DNA from: a virus | Direction: 5' to 3' (one strand) | Virus record (IMG/VR): IMGVR_UViG_3300040801_003693 | Span: 32,001-96,000 of that record | Length of the DNA: 64,000 nt | Shown here: positions 57,595-64,000 of the stretch, one piece after another | Layout: the number at the start of each line of letters is the position of its first letter | How positions within the stretch are numbered: position 1 is the stretch's first letter | Notes under the pieces: model-generated | Seen by the model: the letters and a program-made list of their open reading frames with translations, nothing else | Told to the model about the DNA's origin: nothing | Database searches by the model: none | Program-made: the position numbers and the translations under genes

Positions 57595-59832
57595 ATGTTA
57601 ATTCCATCCGTTAACTTTGTTGAAAACAATATAGGAATAACTCCGATTACGCCGGGGGTAAGAAATAGAATAGGAATAGTAGGTGAGTTTAGTAGGGGAC
57701 CGGCTAATGTCGCTACTTATATTACTGGCTATACTGACTTTTCTACTCGTTATGGTTCTGATACTAATAAAGGTTCATTAGCCTATCAAGCTGCATTCGA
57801 CCAGGGTGCGGAAGAGTTTATGGCTGTTCGGGTATTAGGAAGAGGAAAGGTTAGTAAAGGTGCAGTAGTATTTGGTGGGGAAGTAGCTAAGCCAAATAGA
57901 TTATTAATGAATCTTAAGTTTATTGGTAATGTTGTTGACAAAGGCACTATTCCAATGGTGAGTAGTGCTTTTACTACCGGGATGTATACAGGTTCGGTAA
58001 GCGGAAGATATTATTTTTATGTTAGTACCGCAGACAGTACCAATGCCACTATCAAATGGAAATTCTATAGATTAGGTGCAGAGCCTACAGTTATTGATTG
58101 GAGTGAGATAACAGATACTTTAACTATTAATTTAACAACTGATAAAGGTTTAGAGAAAGAAGTTGAGAATGGATTAAAAGTAATTTTTGGTACTGCATCT
58201 CAAACAGATCCTTTGTATTTAAGTGTAGGAAATAGTTTCTCTGTAAGGTGTAATTCTTATTTATTAGAAACTGAAATTAATACTGGGGAGTTACCTCCTC
58301 AAATGATTACTCAGTTTATTGATAGTGTTGTAGGATTATACCCACTAGGAAATATAGTTAGAGACGAATTCCAAACTGGAGCTATTTTTGAATTAGAAGA
58401 AGATTTAATTGGTTCTATCGGGAATAAATTTTATTACTGGTTTGAATTACAAGATGAAGTTGATTCTGGTGTTACAGTTTATCCCCACGGAATAGAAGAA
58501 GCATTGACTTTCCAGGGTGGAGAAGACCAGCCAAGAAATGCTTTTAGAGACTTTTATACTTTATCTGGAATTCCTTTAATTAGAATAATAGCTTTATCAG
58601 AAGGAAGTTGGGGTAATCAACTTAATGTTTCAATCTTCCCTTTAAATAATAAAAAGTTTAGATTAAGTATTGAAGATTTAAATGCAGAGAATTTTAATCC
58701 TCGTTTTGAAGCTGAATCTTATATTATTAATATTAATGAAGTTGACGCTGATGGTCAACTAAATCAATTATCAAATAGCTCTTTAGTAAGAGGATTCTTT
58801 ATTCCAAAATTAAATAATCCTGCTGGATTTGATAGCTCTTTGCTTTTGCAATCTCCTCAAAGAATTGCTCCTATTAATGAATTAATTGTAGACCTTGAAG
58901 ACCCTACTCATAAAGATCATTTTGGCATTAATTTCTTACAGAATATTTCTTTACAAAATGGTTATGATGGACCGGGTATTACTGATGAAGATTATATAAA
59001 CGGTTTAGAAGTTATTAAAGAGCAACCTGCACATATTATTATTTGTCCTGGACAGTATCAATCTACAAATATTAGACAAGCGATGATCTCTCATGCTGAG
59101 AATGCTTCTGAACTTGAAGGATTAAGAATCGCAGTACTAAATGCTCGACCAAGATTAGTCCCTGGTGCTGCCAATCAAGAGACTGTAGGATTAGAATCTA
59201 CTAGAGCAGTTATGGTTTCTGGTTGGTGTTCCTATAGCGGACAACCTAATGCCCCTCGGTTCGGAACTTCTCCTGATGCTTTCTATGCAGGTAAGCTAGC
59301 TAATACCCCTTTCTTTGCAGGACCTAACAGTAGAAGAACTGCTGGCTCTGTTCAAGCTGTTTCTGAATGCGATGCTTCTAAATTCTCTTCTAAAAATTCT
59401 TTACAAATTTTTACTGATGCTAAACTAGAGATTTTAACTTTAGATCCTTCTACTCAATCTTATGTTTTCACTAACGGCAGAACCTTAAGCGCTAACATTG
59501 ATTGGGAAAAGGTTTCCTTCCGACGGACTTACGATTATATTAGACAAGACTTATTTGACCTGCTTCAACAGTACAAATCTGAACCTCATACTAATTTGTT
59601 ACGTACACAAATTGTTACTGCTATTAATGGCTATATGAATGAACGTGCTAGAAACAGCGAGATTGCTTCCTACGGCGGAACTATAGCTGACTCTAGTAAT
59701 AACACTGTTGAAAGTTATATCCGTGGTGAGCTTAATATTAGTGTAAGATTTCTTCCAGTTTATGCCCTAGACTACATAAACGTAATCTTAATACGTGATA
59801 GCCAAACTGGTTTGGTTAGCTTTGGTAGTTAA
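57595..59832 (+). CDS. contractile tail sheath protein
   Basis: PSVNFVE, GIVGEFSRGP, EGSWGN, LQNGYDG, RRTYDYI, GELNISVRFLPVYALDYINV. Confidence 0.9.
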   Translation: MLIPSVNFVENNIGITPITPGVRNRIGIVGEFSRGPANVATYITGYTDFSTRYGSDTNKGSLAYQAAFDQGAEEFMAVRVLGRGKVSKGAVVFGGEVAKPNRLLMNLKFIGNVVDKGTIPMVSSAFTTGMYTGSVSGRYYFYVSTADSTNATIKWKFYRLGAEPTVIDWSEITDTLTINLTTDKGLEKEVENGLKVIFGTASQTDPLYLSVGNSFSVRCNSYLLETEINTGELPPQMITQFIDSVVGLYPLGNIVRDEFQTGAIFELEEDLIGSIGNKFYYWFELQDEVDSGVTVYPHGIEEALTFQGGEDQPRNAFRDFYTLSGIPLIRIIALSEGSWGNQLNVSIFPLNNKKFRLSIEDLNAENFNPRFEAESYIININEVDADGQLNQLSNSSLVRGFFIPKLNNPAGFDSSLLLQSPQRIAPINELIVDLEDPTHKDHFGINFLQNISLQNGYDGPGITDEDYINGLEVIKEQPAHIIICPGQYQSTNIRQAMISHAENASELEGLRIAVLNARPRLVPGAANQETVGLESTRAVMVSGWCSYSGQPNAPRFGTSPDAFYAGKLANTPFFAGPNSRRTAGSVQAVSECDASKFSSKNSLQIFTDAKLEILTLDPSTQSYVFTNGRTLSANIDWEKVSFRRTYDYIRQDLFDLLQQYKSEPHTNLLRTQIVTAINGYMNERARNSEIASYGGTIADSSNNTVESYIRGELNISVRFLPVYALDYINVILIRDSQTGLVSFGS

Positions 59833-60031
59833 TCAAAAAACGATTTAAAGCGGGGGTTAAAACAGATACTACTTCTGGATTGTTTTTAATAATCTCAGCA
59901 TCTCTTGCACAATTACTACAACCACAATCGCAGCCATGCTCTTTTAAATTTATAGCTGCTTCTATTACAAGTTGCGTTATTTTTTTATTCATAAGAAAAT
60001 TTCTGCTTACAAAACTATATAAGTTTGCCAT
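59816..60031 (-). CDS. small Cys-rich hypothetical protein
   Basis: HGCDCGCSNC. Confidence 0.45.
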   Translation of the reverse strand: MANLYSFVSRNFLMNKKITQLVIEAAINLKEHGCDCGCSNCARDAEIIKNNPEVVSVLTPALNRFLINYQS

Positions 60032-60068
60032 ATGATTATATAATCATATTCTAAACTTATACAAAAAT

Positions 60069-60212
60069 ATGCTTGATAAATTTTTAGGGAAGTTAGAACA
60101 AAACATAAAACTACCTACTATTGGAGCAGTTATTGGTTCCGCTTTTGGAATCCCAGGTTCTGTTCTAGGATTACTTATTGTAATTGGTTATTTCACTATT
60201 TCGGAAGAGTAA
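60069..60212 (+). CDS. 47-aa membrane peptide (not in ORF track)
   Basis: MLDKFLGKLEQNIKLPTIGAVIGSAFGIPGSVLGLLIVIGYFTISEE; GxxxG motifs. Confidence 0.5.
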   Translation: MLDKFLGKLEQNIKLPTIGAVIGSAFGIPGSVLGLLIVIGYFTISEE

Positions 60213-60269
60213 ATTAATTGTTAATTATGAAGTCACGTTCTATAAAAACGTGACTTCTTCTAATTCTAT

Positions 60270-60749
60270 TTAAGTATTAATTAATTCTAAATTAAATATT
60301 TCAGCACAAATATTACCAAGATATACTGGAGCATTTGGAGCTAATTCATATCTAAAGTATTTAGGATTAGTCTCAATCTTTCCATTCTTATTAAAGATTA
60401 AAGGCTTCCATACCACTTGATTTAATTGTGGTTGTTTATTCTTGATTGTAATCTTGTCGTATTCAATAATATCAAATGAATGTGGATAGTCCCTTTCTCC
60501 TGGGAGATAAGGATAGTGATGAATCCATTTAGTATTAAGTGGATTTAGATTAAAATCATGAATAATTAAAGGTGTAATAAATTCTACTGAATTAGTAATG
60601 CTAGTTCCAGTATTTGAATCTGTCATAATAACAATTGTTTCAGATTCAAATTCTACTAGTTTTAATTGACAATAAGAATCCCAATTACCAAATCCATTTC
60701 CAAATCCTTTCCAATTATATTTTGTATTAACTAAAATGTTATATTCCAT
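60270..60749 (-). CDS. hypothetical protein
   Basis: 159 aa, AGGA RBS; NTGTSITNSVE...WIHHYP. Confidence 0.7.
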   Translation of the reverse strand: MEYNILVNTKYNWKGFGNGFGNWDSYCQLKLVEFESETIVIMTDSNTGTSITNSVEFITPLIIHDFNLNPLNTKWIHHYPYLPGERDYPHSFDIIEYDKITIKNKQPQLNQVVWKPLIFNKNGKIETNPKYFRYELAPNAPVYLGNICAEIFNLELINT

Positions 60750-60787
60750 TGCGGTTTTATCCTACTTGAAAATTTAATTAAATAGCA

Positions 60788-60824
60788 GTTTCAATCCCTG
60801 ATAGGGATTAGAATTAATTTCCAC
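60788..60824 (-). CRISPR. solitary 37-nt cyanobacterial type I-D-like CRISPR repeat
   Basis: GTGGAAATTAATTCTAATCCCTATCAGGGATTGAAAC on the - strand: ATCCCT/AGGGAT stem and ATTGAAAC 3' end; no second copy seen in the window. Confidence 0.8.
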
Positions 60825-60847
60825 GGGTAGTACTCGATATGAGAACA

Positions 60848-60999
60848 TTGACCGAGCTTTGAAGCCGTGCGCCCCACGGACTTTTTATCAAATTGTTTTT
60901 TGAAGTTGCAGGCTGCATTTCTGCATTTAATTGGATTACATTTCATCTCACACTTTTCATTTCGGGTAGGGTGTGAGACTTCCCGCCGAGAAAGTTAAA
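60848..60999 (-). mobile_element. mini non-autonomous IS200/IS605-like element
   Basis: - strand begins TTTAACT...hairpin...GATGAA and ends GTCAA; similar to 61712-61892. Confidence 0.5.
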
Positions 61000-61321
61000 G
61001 TTTCATCATTTTTTCAAAGTACCTCATCTTATAAATCAACATAACCAAAGATGGAAGTTCTGGATTTATTGGTTTATAAATCTCAAAGTCCTGGTAATCC
61101 CATATATGATTAGGATTACCTTGACAGCCTACAGTGTAAGCGTGCAAAAACTTATAGCCTTTAATTTTCTTTTGACTACTTAGGTATTTTTTGACTGCTT
61201 CTTCCGGACTTATTTCGCAGCACAAACGTGGTGTTGTAGGAAGACTAAAGTATGAATTAGTTTCAGGACAGGCGGTTAGCATAAAAATAGTTTTTACGCC
61301 TTCTAAAATTTCTGATTTCAT
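60995..61321 (-). CDS. small partner protein (candidate immunity) of 61318..61710
   Basis: ATGA overlap with the upstream stop. Confidence 0.65.
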   Translation of the reverse strand: MKSEILEGVKTIFMLTACPETNSYFSLPTTPRLCCEISPEEAVKKYLSSQKKIKGYKFLHAYTVGCQGNPNHIWDYQDFEIYKPINPELPSLVMLIYKMRYFEKMMKL

Positions 61322-61710
61322 TTAGCAATACATCTCCAACTTCCATTTGATTTTTGTTCAACACGGACAAATTCTAATCCATGCATATCACTTTCTCTTT
61401 GACATCTTTCTTCTGCTTGTTCTTGGGTTAATTCTTTCCCATATATATTGATAACCTGCTCTTCCTCAAAAGCGTCTGGTTCATCAATCATCTTGCGTAC
61501 ATTACCTTTCTCGTCTGCAAAGTATTTCTTCTTTGCAGTGCGGTTATGCCAAACATAAGAAGTCACTCCACCAATAATAGTAGTGCCCAACAAAACACAA
61601 ACCTTCGCGCAAACCAAAGGCGCAATAACTATCGGCACTGCCTCAACTTTACGAGGCATATTTAAACTAACTGCTAATCCAACAGCCAGCATTTCTGATA
61701 AAATCTTCAT
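61318..61710 (-). CDS. secreted Cys-rich protein, paralog 4
   Basis: start at ATG 61710; first about 74 aa highly similar to 36017..36418, C-terminus divergent. Confidence 0.8.
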   Translation of the reverse strand: MKILSEMLAVGLAVSLNMPRKVEAVPIVIAPLVCAKVCVLLGTTIIGGVTSYVWHNRTAKKKYFADEKGNVRKMIDEPDAFEEEQVINIYGKELTQEQAEERCQRESDMHGLEFVRVEQKSNGSWRCIAK

Positions 61711-61711
61711 A

Positions 61712-61892
61712 TTGAGTAACCCGCCTCTAACGGGTGAAAGATTGCCGCGATAATACCAACGTGTCCAGCGTTGGTTGCGGTATATTTTTTTACCATTCAA
61801 AATACTTCCACGGCAATCAATATCCGGTTCGTAATTCATCCCAACACTTCTCTTACGGGTAAGTGTGGGACTTCTTACGATTGAAAGTTAAA
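61712..61892 (-). mobile_element. mini non-autonomous IS200/IS605-like element
   Basis: TTTAACT...CCCACACTT/AAGTGTTGGG hairpin, GATGAA, and 3' hairpin CCCG-TTAGAGG-CGGG followed by TTACTCAA. Confidence 0.55.
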
Positions 61893-62017
61893 TTTTCATG
61901 GTGCTTTTCAATATTATATAGGTATAAAAAATAATAATCAGAAAAAGATACAAAATGTAATATTTAATCAGCCCCTAAGTATTTTTATTCCACTATCAAG
62001 TATAAAAATTCAGCATA

Positions 62018-62125
62018 AAATTCGCGGAGGGTTTTTATTGCTTGATAGCTTAAATCCTTTCTCTATATACATTTGAGCCTCAACTCATAACAACTACGAC
62101 TTAATACTTGCTCTTCCGCGAATTT
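62018..62125. promoter_or_regulatory. CRISPR-leader-like region bounded by an 11-bp inverted repeat
   Basis: AAATTCGCGGA (62018-62028) and TCCGCGAATTT (62115-62125) directly downstream of cas1. Confidence 0.5.
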
Positions 62126-62129
62126 GTTT

Positions 62130-63101
62130 TTATCTTAAATAAAAAGGATTGTACATTTGAGAGCCATCCTCACAAATATTTTTTATTTGCTGCACCCGGA
62201 TAGAAATTGCATCAGAATAATTTACTTCCATCTTTGTATTGGGATATTTAAATTTGTATTTTAATTTGTTGCTAAAAGATTGTGCTAATTTCTTTTGAAT
62301 AATTTCAGGAAGTACATCCTCAGTGTATTCATTAAAATCAGAAGCGCATATAGTTTTCAGATTGAATACTTTAATTAATATAGGATCGATTAGATAAGGC
62401 GACATTTCAAATTTAAGATCGGCAACTAATGCTCCACATTTGTGCTTCTCACTATGCCTAAATAAGGATATTTCTTCACTGACATTATTAGCAATCAAAG
62501 TAATTCTTATTTGCTTTTCTAATAAACTTTCTAGAAAGACAATACACATTTGTGCTATCGAATCTTTTCTCTTACCGTAATATTCGATATCATCTATAAA
62601 GAATTTTCCTAGTAAAGCATAATATTTTGCATGAATTAATCCTAAGTACCCGTTGATTGAATCTATCCCTTTGCTTAATTGAATTTGCTGTAAACTGTAA
62701 TTATAAAATATTTTAAATTGTTTTAATTCCTCTTCGCTAATAGAATTTCTATCACGATACTGTCTTCTTAAAAAGTTGTACCTTCTTTTCGTAACTAAAA
62801 TTGATTGTTGCTTCACAATGTCTAATCGTAAAGCATTATAGTTAATAGCATAACTATTAATTGCTTTTCCAAACTTATATATCCCCCCAGGAGAAGAGAT
62901 AATTACAGTAATGTTCTTATCAATTAAAAGCTGTAATACTCCAGAGCTAATACTTATATCTGAAGTATTTATACATAAGCAAACATTGTTTAAGTCTTCA
63001 ATTGTTTCTAATATATATTCAGGATTAACATAGCCTGTTTCTAGTTCTGTACTGTCAAGAGATATTATTTTAGAGAATGGATAATGATTACTGCTATTCA
63101 A
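62130..63101 (-). CDS. cas1: degenerate Cas1 homologue (probably inactive)
   Basis: ISISSGVLQLLIDKNITV, IDSINGYLG...AKYY, LFRHS, ALVADLKFEMSPYLID, YNPFYLR follow the Cas1 pattern; two catalytic acidic residues appear substituted. Confidence 0.75.
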   Translation of the reverse strand: MNSSNHYPFSKIISLDSTELETGYVNPEYILETIEDLNNVCLCINTSDISISSGVLQLLIDKNITVIISSPGGIYKFGKAINSYAINYNALRLDIVKQQSILVTKRRYNFLRRQYRDRNSISEEELKQFKIFYNYSLQQIQLSKGIDSINGYLGLIHAKYYALLGKFFIDDIEYYGKRKDSIAQMCIVFLESLLEKQIRITLIANNVSEEISLFRHSEKHKCGALVADLKFEMSPYLIDPILIKVFNLKTICASDFNEYTEDVLPEIIQKKLAQSFSNKLKYKFKYPNTKMEVNYSDAISIRVQQIKNICEDGSQMYNPFYLR

Positions 63102-63110
63102 ATTAATTTC

Positions 63111-63431
63111 CTAATTAACTATTTGAAACACTGCTGAATAATTTAGAAGAAATTGCATTAAAGAATCTTGAGAACCAGCATAAAGATAGTTTCTATGTCC
63201 GGCTCTAGAAGGAACTTGTTTGGAAAAGATTATAAATTCATTAATTAAACCTAACTTTTGTTTATCTAATATATTTGAAATTAATACATGAGTAAAAGAA
63301 TCTTCTCTTGTTTGATGTTCTCTACCAATGGCTATACCTTTATTATTATTTAACCAAGGTTCTGCATCTGTATAGTTGATAAACTTATATACTTTAATTT
63401 TATTGTTCATTTTTATAAACTGCTTTTCCAA
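63111..63431 (-). CDS. hypothetical protein
   Basis: about 100 aa, upstream of cas1, lacks Cas2 motifs. Confidence 0.55.
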   Translation of the reverse strand: MEKQFIKMNNKIKVYKFINYTDAEPWLNNNKGIAIGREHQTREDSFTHVLISNILDKQKLGLINEFIIFSKQVPSRAGHRNYLYAGSQDSLMQFLLNYSAVFQIVN

Positions 63432-63486
63432 ATTTATTATTGTTAGTAAACAAGCTGATTTTAAAATGAAACATATAATTAATTTC

Positions 63487-63933
63487 TTAACTCCACGGAT
63501 TGTTTTCTTCTAAATATCTTTCTATCTTAGTTTCTATTTCAGATTCCATTACATCCATGTGTCCATCAACATCTGCATACCATCCATGTTCGTTTAGTGT
63601 TTTTATTAATGCTTGAACTGCACGTGCCTTTGCTAATTTTACTCTTCCTTGAGGAGTTTTAAAATACTCCTCACGCTTCTTAGCTCTTTCTCTTTTTGCT
63701 CTCTCTGCTTCTTCTAATAATTGTTTAACCTTCTCTACATCACATAAGTAACCTGGGTCGTATCCCGCTCCTATTTCTTTTCCTTGTGCAGTATAACGTT
63801 TTCCGTTAGATAACTTCACCTGTCCTGACTTGGTTATATTACTCACTATTCCTATCTTTGCTTTTATTCCTCTTCTATCGTTGTAGTAATAAATCCCTAT
63901 CTCTTGTCCTAGTTTTAAGTTTGATGTGTTCAT
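63487..63933 (-). CDS. hypothetical protein (SH3-like N-terminus, coiled coil)
   Basis: 148-aa ORF. Confidence 0.65.
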   Translation of the reverse strand: MNTSNLKLGQEIGIYYYNDRRGIKAKIGIVSNITKSGQVKLSNGKRYTAQGKEIGAGYDPGYLCDVEKVKQLLEEAERAKRERAKKREEYFKTPQGRVKLAKARAVQALIKTLNEHGWYADVDGHMDVMESEIETKIERYLEENNPWS

Positions 63934-64000
63934 AGTTTACTTTTAATTCTGTTGATTGAATATCAGTTTAGTACATTCTCTCTCCGGAGAGAAGAGTCGT

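Noticed and set aside
61711-61839. N-terminal extension of ORF 61318..61839
   Set aside because: It lies within the mini-IS; similarity to the 36418 paralog begins at ATG 61710.
63111-63431. Possible cas2 next to cas1
   Set aside because: Right size, but no N-terminal YDI motif or Q.SVF pattern in the expected positions.
1-64000. tRNA/rRNA genes, terminase, tail tube, integrase
   Set aside because: None recognised by eye; they may lie outside the window or be too divergent.

Overview
AT-rich 64-kb segment of a large contractile-tailed phage, prophage or phage-plasmid. The host is very probably a cyanobacterium: there are 10 HIP1 GCGATCGC sites, heptamer STRR-like repeats, a cyanobacterial type I-D-like CRISPR repeat and IS200/IS605-type ends. 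Positions 1-20.5 kb hold a minus-strand array of about 30 mostly small genes. About 24 of them are preceded by the same double-hairpin element, and they include several paralog families and a compact single-chain two-barrel RNA polymerase. Positions 23.2-34.3 kb are one 3,699-codon reading frame interrupted by a single in-frame TGA; it encodes a PLD-nuclease-like region, a DFDGD two-barrel RNA polymerase and a hydrophobic tail (putative virion RNAP). Positions 36.7-59.8 kb are morphogenesis genes: a tail chaperone with a -1 frameshift, portal, protease/scaffold, major capsid, neck, fibre and sheath; a PAAR gene lies separately at 21.2 kb. Four dispersed secreted Cys-rich paralogs are each coupled to an unrelated small gene, which resembles a polymorphic toxin/immunity system. 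Positions 60.7-63.1 kb contain a catalytically degenerate lone Cas1, a leader-like inverted repeat, a solitary CRISPR repeat and two mini IS605-like elements. All calls come from reading motifs by eye; no database searches were run.
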